Notes: generated by a model not told the origin, from the letters alone. Shown: positions 19,160-29,632, counted from the stretch's first letter. The stretch is DNA of 48,463 nucleotides from Desulfurococcales archaeon (GCA_027023255.1 JALVVU010000070.1:1-48463); one strand, 5' to 3'. Numbers and translations: made by a program.

Positions 19160-20335
19160 TCAACCACTAGAAAGCAATAGTATTACACGTAACACCTCCT
19201 CCCTAACTCGTTTATCGCTGAGGGCCTCAACCATTAACTTATGGGCTGCGCTTTCCCTTCCCTTAGCTAAGGCCTCACATACTTTCTTTAGGTCTGCATG
19301 CGTGACCATATCCTTAATGCAGGCCTGCCTTATCACGGTAATCCATGTAGGACCGGGCCCACCTAACTTAAACTCGCGTGCAGACTCAGGTATTCTGACC
19401 TCCCCATAACTCTTGAGTGTGTGTAATGCAGTATTAATTACATAAGCTACGAGCACCAATGTTATGACGCCCACCACAAAGGCCGTAGCTAAGGGGGCCT
19501 CACGGTAGGAACTCATGAGTACGTAGTAGTATCGGTAGGGATTAATGATGGCCGCCACCACCTTCGGAGCGGGTTGCTCGCTACTCAGGAGTTCAGGTAA
19601 GCTCTCAGGTCTTAACACGTAGGGCTTGGCGTCGATAATAGATACTGACGCGTTACCGGCATCGGCTTTGAGAAGGGTGAGTAGCCTTACGTAAGGGTTC
19701 AGGTCACTTGGCGGGGTTAGCGCCGCGTTGGTGAATATTGTTCCGTCACCAAATACGTAGGCAGTCACCGCCCCTCTATACACGGCGGCCACAGGTGCGC
19801 CCCCGGCAGCAGCTATGACCTTGGCATCGCCCCACACCTTGAGGGGGGATGCGTAGGCGAATTCCACACTCACGCTCTCCCCGTGTATTTTGACAGGTGC
19901 CACGAATGTTGGTGTCCCATTAACTAGGAGTACCTTGCCCTCAACCCGTATAGGTACTTCAAGAGCCTCGAGGACAGCATTGCTGTACACGCCCTCATCA
20001 GCTACGACAAGGACGTAACCCTCCCTAACGAGCTTGCAGATCCTCTCAACCTCCTGCCTGCTGAGTGGCTTTGTAGGGGAAATCAAGAACACAATCCCCT
20101 TACCCCTCGGGAGGACTGTGTGCCCCCAGTCCAGGACTATTACGGTTCTCATCGATAAGTTACTGGTTAGGATGTTAACCAGTGCCGACGTACCGTCCCA
20201 CCTACTATTGAGTGGGGAAGCCCCAACATACGTCAAGCCTGCAGTGTTCGGTTCCAGCATCAACGCTAACAGGAACGCCGCAACAAGCAGCAGGAGTGTG
20301 AACCTTCCTCTACCTTCCGTGGCGACCCACCTCAA
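19160..20335 (-). CDS. DUF4350-domain membrane protein
   Basis: N-terminal TM, SPLNxxWDGTS, LVVADE, GDGTIFTN, second TM. Confidence 0.75.
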   Translation of the reverse strand: MRWVATEGRGRFTLLLLVAAFLLALMLEPNTAGLTYVGASPLNSRWDGTSALVNILTSNLSMRTVIVLDWGHTVLPRGKGIVFLISPTKPLSRQEVERICKLVREGYVLVVADEGVYSNAVLEALEVPIRVEGKVLLVNGTPTFVAPVKIHGESVSVEFAYASPLKVWGDAKVIAAAGGAPVAAVYRGAVTAYVFGDGTIFTNAALTPPSDLNPYVRLLTLLKADAGNASVSIIDAKPYVLRPESLPELLSSEQPAPKVVAAIINPYRYYYVLMSSYREAPLATAFVVGVITLVLVAYVINTALHTLKSYGEVRIPESAREFKLGGPGPTWITVIRQACIKDMVTHADLKKVCEALAKGRESAAHKLMVEALSDKRVREEVLRVILLLSSG

Positions 20336-20513
20336 CTATGTAGGATAGGATCGCCAACCCAGAAATCAGAGATACCACCGACATGACGTACTTGCCAAAA
20401 CCAGCAGCGATCACGGCTGCGGCGAAGAAAGCTATCGCCACCGCTACAGGCACTAGGGTGGCCGCACCTGGGGAGGAACCTAGTGAAGCAGGCTTATCCT
20501 CACTACCAGCCAA
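20310..20513 (-). CDS. Small 2-TM hypothetical protein
   Basis: Two hydrophobic segments; overlaps both neighbours in the operon. Confidence 0.65.
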   Translation of the reverse strand: MAGSEDKPASLGSSPGAATLVPVAVAIAFFAAAVIAAGFGKYVMSVVSLISGLAILSYIVEVGRHGR

Positions 20514-21297
20514 GGCGCTTTATCACCTCCTCAACGAATCGCAACGTACTACCGAGATTGATAACGTCAACCTCCCTCAAGAGGGCTACGGAGGCGACCG
20601 CACAGGCGGCAAGGAGCACTACGCGCCCGACGCGACTCCTCCCTATGGTAAGTACCGCGAGCAGGGAGGTAAGCGTCGCCACCGCAATAGAGGGCACCAC
20701 AGGCACCCCCACTAGGATTGAGGCCCTAGTGACTAAGGCGGTCAATATGACCCAAACAAGCATTCCGGAGATCTTATCAAGCATCCGTCTACTGAGACCC
20801 CTCAACCACCTTAAGCCTATCGGGGCCGTATCTACGCGTAGACCGCGTCCAAGCGCGTAAGAAACACCTAGCGCGTACGACGCGATAGCCGACACCAGCA
20901 CCACAGCTAAGGGTTCCGCCACACTTAGTGAACGCGATGCAAGCGATGGAGCGATAACTAGCGGCATACCAACCATCAGGGCCACGTTCCCGGCAACAAA
21001 GCTTCTTGGCACGTAGCCCCTAACATCACTCAACGCTAACCTAGCGATAACCCCGACTAACGCTAAGGAGCACGCTACTAGGATACCAAGCAATGCATTG
21101 CCATTAAGAGGAATCAAAGCAGTAATCAACGCTACCATGGAGAGGACCTGAGCGCCTAATGAGAAGGATACGGATGCCGCGACGAAGGACGCTATCGCCG
21201 CGCACGCCGGGATGCCCTCAACCCTTGAGGCACACAACACTATCGATAAAATAGATAGCAGGATACTGAGTGCGGACAGGGCTTTACCCGGTTTCAA
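20503..21297 (-). CDS. Polytopic membrane hypothetical protein
   Basis: Highly hydrophobic; overlaps flanking genes. Confidence 0.75.
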   Translation of the reverse strand: MKPGKALSALSILLSILSIVLCASRVEGIPACAAIASFVAASVSFSLGAQVLSMVALITALIPLNGNALLGILVACSLALVGVIARLALSDVRGYVPRSFVAGNVALMVGMPLVIAPSLASRSLSVAEPLAVVLVSAIASYALGVSYALGRGLRVDTAPIGLRWLRGLSRRMLDKISGMLVWVILTALVTRASILVGVPVVPSIAVATLTSLLAVLTIGRSRVGRVVLLAACAVASVALLREVDVINLGSTLRFVEEVIKRLGW

Positions 21298-22993
21298 GGA
21301 GCGTCTTCACCTCCTGCAGGAGTTCCTGTGCTATGGAGGAAAGTTCCTTTGTTGCCTTCACGCCAGCATATCTCACACCTTCATAAAGCGTGGCCAGTTT
21401 GAGGAGCGCCCTTCCCGCGTCAGTCCTTAGGCTGCGTAGTATCTCACTAACCATCTCCCTGTGCGTTAGGTTTGCACGTAGCTCCACACCCGAGACCCTG
21501 GACGCTACCGTGACAGCTTCCCAGAACTCCCTCACCACCGCTGGTAACCCGCTCCCCACTACCCTAGGCAAGGGTCTCACTGGGGCGGGCCCCCGCTTAA
21601 TCCTGAGCGTCAGCGTAAGGGCTACGAATACCGCGAGACCTAGAAGCAGCGTGAGTAAGGGCATGGAGAGGGTCTCGACGATGCCGGTACCCTTCCCGGC
21701 CCCCGCAACGGTCTTGACGCTTCCTACCTCAGCTAGGGTTAATGACCACCACCTCGTACTTGCTGAAGACGCTGGCAGGGTCGGTAAATTCACGGACTTA
21801 ACCACCTCAACCAATACCCCTATCGCGGGGACGGTAACGTAGCTCGCTGACTGCGCTCTATGAGTCACGGTAGGGCTTCCCGACATTCCAGGCACCCGAA
21901 GTGGGTTGCTGGGTTGAGGCCTAATCCAGTGCCTAGGTATTGGAGGGCGCTCTCCCTCCGTAACGCCTGAAATAACGTTGCTGACGCTCTGGCTTGTGCT
22001 CGCCCTTGGAGGGGTCGTGTGCGTTACGCCAGGTAACACCAAGGGCGCGTTGGGGTTGAGTGTTACGTTGTTATTGGTTGCCGCAACTTCTATTGCCTTA
22101 ACTATCTCGTCAACACTCATGTTGCGTAGCACGTTGAGCGGTACCTTACTGACGGCGTTAATCACCGCAGTCACAGGTACCTTACTGAGGATCTCGATTG
22201 CCTTAGGTCCGAGTCTTTCGAGAACAGCGACTGCCTTAAGCATGTCTTTCGCATTGATTGCCGTCCAGCCGCTTCCTTGGTGTTCTCCCGTGCTTGGTGG
22301 CTGGACTACCTCATTGATTGTTTGTGGGGGTAGCTGGCAGGCCATATATGCCGCCACAATTAACGAGGTATTTTCCGCGGTCTCACGCATGATTGCGTGC
22401 GCGTTACCGTAGCGGTGGGTCGCTAAGGCTTCCTGAAACGCGGCTATCGCGGATAGAGCCCTTAGCGCTATCGAGCTATTGCCCTTCGGTGCATTCGCTA
22501 TGCTTAAGGCAACGTAGTTAAGCGCTACCTGGCACGAGGCTCTGTCGGTGAGGGTGTCCCACATGACCTTCGTGGAGTTTACGATTCCCTGCATTACCAT
22601 GTAGTTTATTGACGCGTTCAGCACCCTCACAATGTCTTGCGTCTTGATGACGGGGTTGAGCCCAGCAAGTACCTTCAGCGCCTTAAGCTGTATGCCGCCA
22701 ACGAGCAACGCGTACTCGCTGGGGCTAGTTACCCTCCTAAGCATCGCGTTACCCCACTCAATCAGGCTTGAGTTACTCCTCAATTGAGTGATCGGCTCGC
22801 CCCACCCCCTTAACCACGCTTTAAGTACATTCAATGCCGTTATCAGCGATGTAGCTTCACGAGCAACATCATCACTATGTCGTGGGGCTGGGTAACCATA
22901 GTAAGCGCTGACCGGAGGTGCCGTGATTGCCGCTAAGACGATCAAGCATAGTAGCGCCGTTACTACTCTCGCTGAAGCCGTAGTTAATGTCAT
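21284..22993 (-). CDS. Membrane protein with C-terminal DUF4129 domain
   Basis: Signal/TM, Pro/Ser/Thr linker, TM, then NLTHRE..LATLYExVRYAG. Confidence 0.75.
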   Translation of the reverse strand: MTLTTASARVVTALLCLIVLAAITAPPVSAYYGYPAPRHSDDVAREATSLITALNVLKAWLRGWGEPITQLRSNSSLIEWGNAMLRRVTSPSEYALLVGGIQLKALKVLAGLNPVIKTQDIVRVLNASINYMVMQGIVNSTKVMWDTLTDRASCQVALNYVALSIANAPKGNSSIALRALSAIAAFQEALATHRYGNAHAIMRETAENTSLIVAAYMACQLPPQTINEVVQPPSTGEHQGSGWTAINAKDMLKAVAVLERLGPKAIEILSKVPVTAVINAVSKVPLNVLRNMSVDEIVKAIEVAATNNNVTLNPNAPLVLPGVTHTTPPRASTSQSVSNVISGVTEGERPPIPRHWIRPQPSNPLRVPGMSGSPTVTHRAQSASYVTVPAIGVLVEVVKSVNLPTLPASSASTRWWSLTLAEVGSVKTVAGAGKGTGIVETLSMPLLTLLLGLAVFVALTLTLRIKRGPAPVRPLPRVVGSGLPAVVREFWEAVTVASRVSGVELRANLTHREMVSEILRSLRTDAGRALLKLATLYEGVRYAGVKATKELSSIAQELLQEVKTLLETG

Positions 22994-23056
22994 TGTAGGC
23001 GTCGGCCCTGAGATATAAGGGCTTCGAACGAATTATGTGTTTGGTGGAAAAACTAG

Positions 23057-24001
23057 GTGACGTTAACCGCATCACTAATTGATAGGGTGGTGAAGGAATC
23101 CTCGAAAGTGCTTGTTGGTAGGGGGCATGAAGTGAAGTTATTGATGATCGCGATAATCGCTGACGGGCACGCCCTAGTTGAGGGGGTGCCTGGAACCGCT
23201 AAGACTTTGATGGCTAAGACGGTGGCGCGCCTCCTGAACCTTTCTTTTAGGCGTATTCAGTTTACTCCTGATTTGTTGCCTGCTGATATTGTTGGTACGC
23301 GTGTTTTTGATCCGTCTCGCGGTGTTTTCGTTGTTCGTGAGGGACCCATATTCGCCAACATTGTCCTGGCGGACGAGATCAATAGGGCGTCACCAAGAAC
23401 GCAGTCAGCACTACTGGAAGCAATGCAGGAAAAACAAGCAACCATAGAAGGAGAAACAAGACCATTACCTGATCCATTCACCGTGATAGCCACAATGAAT
23501 CCTATAGAGCTGGAGGGCGTGTTCCCGCTACCAGAGGCGCAACTGGATAGGTTCCTCATTAAGGTTAGCGTAAATCAGCCATCGAGAGATGAAATGAAGT
23601 CCTTACTGCTCAGGGGGTCGTGGCGCATTGATGAGGCGTTTAACTCGTTAAGGCCTGTGGCGGGTCGTGACGAGGTAATCGCATGCCGCAGTGAGATCAA
23701 GGAGGTGAGGGTTGAGGAACCCGTAGTGGAGTATGTCACGAGGATATGCGAGGCGTCACATAATCACCCAGCCCTGAGGCTAGGGGTAACGCCTCGTGGC
23801 GCTTTAGTGCTTCTGCGGGTGGCTAAGGTATTCGCCCTCCTTAACGGTAGGAAGTACGTGATCCCCGACGACGTTAAGGCGGCGGCCATGCCCGCCTTGA
23901 GCCATAGGCTCTTCCTGAAGCCAGAATTCCTTGCGGAGGGTCTGCACGGTGAGGATGTAGTTGAGGACCTACTCAACCGTGTGGAGGTACCTAAGCCTTG
24001 A
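23057..24001 (+). CDS. moxR: MoxR-family AAA+ ATPase (MoxR proper type)
   Basis: GVPGTAKT, RIQFTPDLLPAD, LADEINR, LPEAQLDRF. Confidence 0.96.
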   Translation: MTLTASLIDRVVKESSKVLVGRGHEVKLLMIAIIADGHALVEGVPGTAKTLMAKTVARLLNLSFRRIQFTPDLLPADIVGTRVFDPSRGVFVVREGPIFANIVLADEINRASPRTQSALLEAMQEKQATIEGETRPLPDPFTVIATMNPIELEGVFPLPEAQLDRFLIKVSVNQPSRDEMKSLLLRGSWRIDEAFNSLRPVAGRDEVIACRSEIKEVRVEEPVVEYVTRICEASHNHPALRLGVTPRGALVLLRVAKVFALLNGRKYVIPDDVKAAAMPALSHRLFLKPEFLAEGLHGEDVVEDLLNRVEVPKP

Positions 24002-25317
24002 ATAGTACAGAGCACCAAGTAAGTGCCCGCGTAACGAGTGCCGGGTGGATTCTCGCGTTGGTGGGGCTCATGTCTCTACTTGCGTCGCTCTTTAACTCAC
24101 CACTTAGGCCGTTCCTAACGTTACTTGCCGTAGCTGCCTTCACCCCCTTCTTCACGGCACTAGGTTTATCGGCCAGCGCTTCAGGCGTGAAGCACGTGGA
24201 AGTTACTGTCGAACCCTCTGACGCCGTAGTTCCCGAGGGTAGCGAGGTCCATGTTAACGTACGTGTTAGGTCCTCCGTTTTCCGCGTAGGTAGGGTTTCT
24301 AGGGCTTTACTGGTGGCGGATCCGGGTGCTGACGTTACATTGCATGAGGTTAGGTTGTTGAGTGATGACTACACCGAGCTTTCATTTAGGGTTACTGGCA
24401 GGTTAGGTAAGCATTCCTTGGGCCCGTTACTCCTGCGCCTAGCTGTGTTAGGTGGTGTAACGGTGCTTGAGACCTCATTAGGCGTAGTAGCTCAGGTCAG
24501 GGTGGCACCAACCAGTCTAAGGGTGGCGGCACACCTAGCGCCTCCAGGCGCACGCTATGCGGGCACCACACCAGCAGGAGTTAGCGGGGCCGGCACAGAA
24601 TTCCTCATGATTCGCGAGTACTTTCCGGGGGACGACACGCGCAGGATAGACTGGAAAGCGTTTGCGAGGACGGGTAAGCTAGCCATCAAGCTCTTCGAGA
24701 AGGAGTCATCGCAGGGAGTTATCTTAGGGGTGACGATCCACGACGGTTTCTTCCGGGGTAGACCCTCGGCCTTCGAGGTCCTAGCAAGGGAGCTAGCCTC
24801 CCTAGCCTCCTCCCTCATTAAGGCTGGACTATGGGTTAGGTTAGCGGTAAGTACAGAGTACGGAGTAATCATAGGTGAAAAGGCTTCATCGCCCTCAACG
24901 ATAAGTAACGTGTTCCAGGTCCTCGCGTCGGTTGAGTGGCCTAAAGAACCTTCACACGCTGTAACCGCTAACCGCGTGCTTGGCTGGCTTATCCGTGAGG
25001 TTTTACGTTCAACGCGGGCAACCCCCTCAGTAGTGGTTATGACCGTTCTTGATGTGGTGGATGAGTCCGACATGGTGATGCTCTCATTACTTAAGAAGTG
25101 GGTTAGGGCTCAAGGTCATGAATTCATAGCGATTGCGACACCGCCGCCAGTACTTAGGATTGCCGGTGGGGACGCCGACATTAGCAACATAGGTGAAGCA
25201 AGGAAAGCCGTGACTCAAACACTACAGTTATCGCGAGCATACGGTGTGGATGTCTTTATCACACATTCTCTCAACGAAATACTAAGGAGGGTAGCTGCTG
25301 CGGCACTCAAGGTTTAA
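23998..25317 (+). CDS. DUF58 (vWA-like) protein with N-terminal TMs
   Basis: EFxxIREYxPGDDxRxIDWKAxARTG. Confidence 0.9.
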   Translation: MNSTEHQVSARVTSAGWILALVGLMSLLASLFNSPLRPFLTLLAVAAFTPFFTALGLSASASGVKHVEVTVEPSDAVVPEGSEVHVNVRVRSSVFRVGRVSRALLVADPGADVTLHEVRLLSDDYTELSFRVTGRLGKHSLGPLLLRLAVLGGVTVLETSLGVVAQVRVAPTSLRVAAHLAPPGARYAGTTPAGVSGAGTEFLMIREYFPGDDTRRIDWKAFARTGKLAIKLFEKESSQGVILGVTIHDGFFRGRPSAFEVLARELASLASSLIKAGLWVRLAVSTEYGVIIGEKASSPSTISNVFQVLASVEWPKEPSHAVTANRVLGWLIREVLRSTRATPSVVVMTVLDVVDESDMVMLSLLKKWVRAQGHEFIAIATPPPVLRIAGGDADISNIGEARKAVTQTLQLSRAYGVDVFITHSLNEILRRVAAAALKV

Positions 25318-25325
25318 CAGCTTCT

Positions 25326-26879
25326 CTACTTGCTCCTCACGAATTTAAGAGATAACTTAAGGAATTCCCTGCTCCAAGGCGATAACGCTAGGACTACGAT
25401 GCCGTAAAGTATTAACCCTACTAACGCATGCAGGGCAAGCACGGGTGCGTCATGCCAGAAATTCCTGACTAAGATGCTGGAGGCGCCGCTGACGTACATA
25501 TACAAACTCATTACAATCCCTCCAGCAATACCAGCTACGGTTTCGCGCTTAGGGAAGGAGAACTCCACCTTACTTTTAGCGAGCCTATACATGTAAATCA
25601 GCAGCGGGAGACTAGTTCCCAACCACGCTAGGGGATAAGGCAATACTAGGTAAGGATTATCAGTTAACCCGTAAGCATGAATCATCACCAGCATTCCAGC
25701 AGTACCTAGCCCTAATGCAACCACACAACGAATCAAGGACGCCATAGGTGACTTGAATATGGGTGTCCTACTTAATTTAATACCGTGTACCTGGAGGTCA
25801 GCTCTCTCCGAGGATGACGCGACCGTACCCAAGAGTATGGATATCGTGTATAGTAGTGACTCCGCCGTTATTATCACAAGTAATACGTAAGCATCAACAT
25901 ACGCTAACTTAAATAAGCTTAGTATGGGCTTACCCATCATCACTACTAAGAAAGTAATCCCTAGATTCACGGTCATGGCTATCCGGAGAATGTCCTCCAC
26001 ATCCCTGCGGGAAGGTACCCTCAGCAACTTGGGCGTTAGCCCGCTACCCATCGCGGATGAACTACGCGTTATTATGCTTCGCGGCACATAAGCCACACCG
26101 AGGTACGCTGTTAGATTAGTTGACGCCGTGAGGGCCGTTACTAAGGGTTTCTCGACATTTATGAGGAGGCTTGAGAAGTAAGCTATGACTGATATGTAGG
26201 CATTCTTAACTAACACAGTCACCTCCTTCAGACTAAACCTTGGTTTAGGTATGACTATTCTTTGGCGCCGTAGCAACACGTACCTAGTAATAACCGCCGC
26301 AACACTTCCAATAATCGCGGACACCATCACCCCAACTAGGCCAGCCCTAATCATCACTACTAGTGCGTAAGCCACCGCTAGTCTTGCTGTTACCCTAACC
26401 ATTACCGCCTTCCCTTCAATGTAGGGCCTAGAACTCAGTACAATAGAGCGTAGGAAGTAATTGAAGGCCTCACTCACCGTGAGAAGGGACGCGATGAAGA
26501 AGGCGCTTAAACCCCAGCCAAGAACGCTGTTGTACCAGAGACCAACTAGCACGAAGACAGCTGATGATATTGGAATGTAGATTAACGTTAAGGCATAAGC
26601 GGCTGAGACCATCTCGTATTTTTTCCTAGCATAGAACCTTAGGGACCACATACCCCAGATCCAGTGCACCATTGTCAGGACGTTCGCAACACCTATTATG
26701 GTGATCCACAGCCCGTAGTCCTCTACTGATAACTTCCTCGCCACTATCAATGTGAAGAGTATCGTCAGCAGTAACCTGTAGACTTGGCTGAGGTAATTCA
26801 CTATTGTCGAGTACCTCACCCTAATACTCGCAAGTTCCTCCTGCGTGTACTTAACCTCACCATTACTGACGTCACTCAT
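25326..26879 (-). CDS. Oligosaccharide flippase-like transporter (MOP superfamily)
   Basis: IVARKLSVEDYGLW; about 14 TM segments. Confidence 0.8.
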   Translation of the reverse strand: MSDVSNGEVKYTQEELASIRVRYSTIVNYLSQVYRLLLTILFTLIVARKLSVEDYGLWITIIGVANVLTMVHWIWGMWSLRFYARKKYEMVSAAYALTLIYIPISSAVFVLVGLWYNSVLGWGLSAFFIASLLTVSEAFNYFLRSIVLSSRPYIEGKAVMVRVTARLAVAYALVVMIRAGLVGVMVSAIIGSVAAVITRYVLLRRQRIVIPKPRFSLKEVTVLVKNAYISVIAYFSSLLINVEKPLVTALTASTNLTAYLGVAYVPRSIITRSSSAMGSGLTPKLLRVPSRRDVEDILRIAMTVNLGITFLVVMMGKPILSLFKLAYVDAYVLLVIITAESLLYTISILLGTVASSSERADLQVHGIKLSRTPIFKSPMASLIRCVVALGLGTAGMLVMIHAYGLTDNPYLVLPYPLAWLGTSLPLLIYMYRLAKSKVEFSFPKRETVAGIAGGIVMSLYMYVSGASSILVRNFWHDAPVLALHALVGLILYGIVVLALSPWSREFLKLSLKFVRSK

Positions 26880-26981
26880 TACGTAGCTACGCCTCTGATT
26901 TCAAGAGTAGCGGTTAAGATTTTATCTCTGTATGCATGATCTTATTACCGCCATTGCAAATTACCGCAGTGGGGGCCCCTA

Positions 26982-27578
26982 GTGATGCATCGCACTTTAC
27001 TCGCTGCTGCCATCATAGCTGCCGTGGCTTCGGCCGTAATCGCTTATTACTACATTAATTACGGTTCGGCGAATCGTGATCCATTAAGCCCGCTGAGGGG
27101 TGTGCTGGGTAATGCCCCAGACTCGCTGAGGCTGACGAGCCCCGACCTTAGCGCGGGATCCACGGTACCTAGGCGGTATACTTGTGATGGCACAGATGAG
27201 TCGCCTACCCTGAGCTGGAGTAAGGGTCCTGAAGACACGGTATCGTACGCTGTGCTGATGTATGATCCTGACGCGCCCAGGGGCACGTTCTACCACTGGG
27301 TTATCTACAATATCCCACCAAACATCACCGCGCTTCCCGAGGGCGTTCCGAAAAAATTCAAGACATCCTTCGGGCTTCAGTGCATTAACGACTTTAGGAG
27401 GTACGGGTACGGAGGCCCATGCCCTCCACACGGCTCAACACACAGGTATGTTTTCGTGGTCTTAGCGTTGAATACTAAGCTAAGCCTGCCCAGTAACGCG
27501 GACGCCAGGGTATTCCTTAACGCCATTAAGGGTCACGTACTCGCTTACGGTGCCTTAGTGGTCAGCTACGGACACTAG
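26982..27578 (+). CDS. YbhB/YbcL (PEBP) family protein with N-terminal anchor
   Basis: YTCDG, DPDAP, FYHW, YGGPCPP, HRYVF. Confidence 0.95.
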   Translation: MMHRTLLAAAIIAAVASAVIAYYYINYGSANRDPLSPLRGVLGNAPDSLRLTSPDLSAGSTVPRRYTCDGTDESPTLSWSKGPEDTVSYAVLMYDPDAPRGTFYHWVIYNIPPNITALPEGVPKKFKTSFGLQCINDFRRYGYGGPCPPHGSTHRYVFVVLALNTKLSLPSNADARVFLNAIKGHVLAYGALVVSYGH

Positions 27579-27641
27579 CGATTTAAAGGATCCCATTATC
27601 CTTTAATTATTTCCTAAGCAAGTTGTGGTGGGGCGTAGAAA

Positions 27642-28013
27642 TTGCTGTCTAAGGTGCTTGAGGCTGAGGAAGGCATTGAGAAGGTAATGGGTGATGTCCT
27701 CAGAACGCTCTTCCTGTTCTCCGGCGCCCTCTGGATGCCGGAGTTAATCGGTGAGTATGAGGGCTTCGTGAGAACCTTGGGTGAGGAGCCTGTGGGGAAG
27801 GAGGTGCTTGAGGAGGCCGTAGGGAAGCTTAAGGATGCTGGGCTGGTTGACGTTAAACCCGGTATTAGGGCTACACACTTTAGCGGTGGTGAGAAAACCG
27901 TACTCATATCCCTTAAGAGGAGTCCTGAGGTGCTGGCGGCGCTGTCCACGGACTCCAGGGTCATGAGGTATAGAAGTGAGTGGGTAAAGTACATGCAACG
28001 AACATCTTTCTAA
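27642..28013 (+). CDS. Hypothetical protein, possible winged-helix
   Basis: Host-like codon usage, SD; LEEAVxKLKDAGLV helix-wing pattern. Confidence 0.7.
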   Translation: MLSKVLEAEEGIEKVMGDVLRTLFLFSGALWMPELIGEYEGFVRTLGEEPVGKEVLEEAVGKLKDAGLVDVKPGIRATHFSGGEKTVLISLKRSPEVLAALSTDSRVMRYRSEWVKYMQRTSF

Positions 28014-28096
28014 TTTCTAAAACACTTTCAAGGTGCTGGGGAAGAGGAAAACCCTCGTTTCGTTTTTAAGGTCTACACGATCATTCATGACGCTCC

Positions 28097-28843
28097 TCAA
28101 CACATTAGGCGTCCGCCGTTAACTCCGATTGTTTGCCCAGTTATGAATGACGCTGCTGGGCTGGCGAGGAAGTAAACTACTTCAGCAACGTCTTCTGGGC
28201 GACCGATCCTCTTTAGTGGGTGGAGCGATGCCGCGCGTTCCCTCTTCTCTGGCGTGTCGAGCACCTTCTTGACTAAGTCCGTCTCAATTATGCTGGGCGC
28301 GACCGCGTTCACCCTTATCTTGGGGGCTAGCTCTAAGGCTAGCTTCCTAGTCAACCCTATCACCCCTGCCTTCGCCGCGTGGTACGCTATGCCCGCTATG
28401 CCTGCTGTCTGCCCTACGATGCTTGAGATGTTAACTATCGCTGCTGACTCGCTCTTCTCGAGTAACGGTAGGAACGTCTTAGTTACTAGGAACACTCCCG
28501 TTAGGTCCACTCGGATGACCTTCTCCCAACCTTCCAGTGTTTCTTCCCTTATTCCCTCCCAGCTAATTATGCCTGCATTGTTCACCAACACGTCTAGGCG
28601 CGGGAACCTCTTGCTTAGCTCCCTGTATGCTGCGCTCACACTTTCCGGGTCGGCAACATCCATTCTAAGCACTACCGCCTCCGTAGCCCCCTTTCTGAGG
28701 GCTTCCTCCGCCGTCCTCCGAGCCTCCTCCTCGCTGCTGCGGTACGTTAACGCGATATGCGTTCCCGGCTCAGCGAAACGAAGCACTATTGCCTTACCAA
28801 TACCTCTGGACCCCCCAGTTACGAGGACGTACCTTTCGCTCAA
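28097..28843 (-). CDS. Short-chain dehydrogenase/reductase (FabG-like)
   Basis: TGGSRGIG, NNAG, SS, YxxxK (YHAAK). Confidence 0.95.
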   Translation of the reverse strand: MSERYVLVTGGSRGIGKAIVLRFAEPGTHIALTYRSSEEEARRTAEEALRKGATEAVVLRMDVADPESVSAAYRELSKRFPRLDVLVNNAGIISWEGIREETLEGWEKVIRVDLTGVFLVTKTFLPLLEKSESAAIVNISSIVGQTAGIAGIAYHAAKAGVIGLTRKLALELAPKIRVNAVAPSIIETDLVKKVLDTPEKRERAASLHPLKRIGRPEDVAEVVYFLASPAASFITGQTIGVNGGRLMC

Positions 28844-28936
28844 CGCGTAATCACCACTAATTCCTTAGGTACTCGCAAGCAAAAAGGTTCGCTATGTTAA
28901 TCGCGCAGTATAATAAAGTAAGTTCGCACCTTAAGG

Positions 28937-29632
28937 TTGGTGTTAGGCGTGAAGCTGCTATTACTTTCAGACATACACGGTAGGACCTCAACCCTCGAGA
29001 GAACGTTAAAAGAGGTTGAGGAGGTCGACGCAGTACTTGTTGCGGGCGATGTATCGTCGTATGCTGGTCTTAAATGGGATTACGTATTGAGTATGTTATC
29101 AAAGTACTGTAAGCGGAAAAACATTACAGCATTCGTGGTTCCGGGCAATGTAGACCCGCCAGCCTTACTCAACGCTAGGTACGGCAACGTTAGTGTATTA
29201 CACGCCTCCACGAGTACCTTAGGCAAGTACGTAGTCGTAGGGATCGGTGGGGGGATGGGGTTCAGCTTCTGGAGAGTCACGAAACTCACCGACAACGAAT
29301 TTGAGCGATTCATCAACTCCGTCCTAAGGGAGTACGGGAGTGGCTTAGCCCCTTACTCATGGCTCCTACTTACCCATACCCCGCCATACGGGACAAAGCT
29401 GGATATAATGTATACTGGGGAGCACGTTGGGTCGAAAGCGCTAAGAACATTGATTGAGGTGCGTAAGCCCCTCCTAGTCGTTAGCGGGCATATCCATGAG
29501 TCTAGGAACGTTGATTACTTAGGTAAGACCGTGCTCGTCAATCCTGGCCCAAACTATAGGGGGTTCTATGCGTTGGCGAGGATTAATGGAATGAACATTA
29601 AGGTAGAGTTACTTAGTGTGAGGAGGCTCTAA
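28937..29632 (+). CDS. Calcineurin-like metallophosphoesterase
   Basis: SDIHG, AGD, PGNVD, THTPP, SGHIHE, NPG. Confidence 0.93.
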   Translation: MVLGVKLLLLSDIHGRTSTLERTLKEVEEVDAVLVAGDVSSYAGLKWDYVLSMLSKYCKRKNITAFVVPGNVDPPALLNARYGNVSVLHASTSTLGKYVVVGIGGGMGFSFWRVTKLTDNEFERFINSVLREYGSGLAPYSWLLLTHTPPYGTKLDIMYTGEHVGSKALRTLIEVRKPLLVVSGHIHESRNVDYLGKTVLVNPGPNYRGFYALARINGMNIKVELLSVRRL

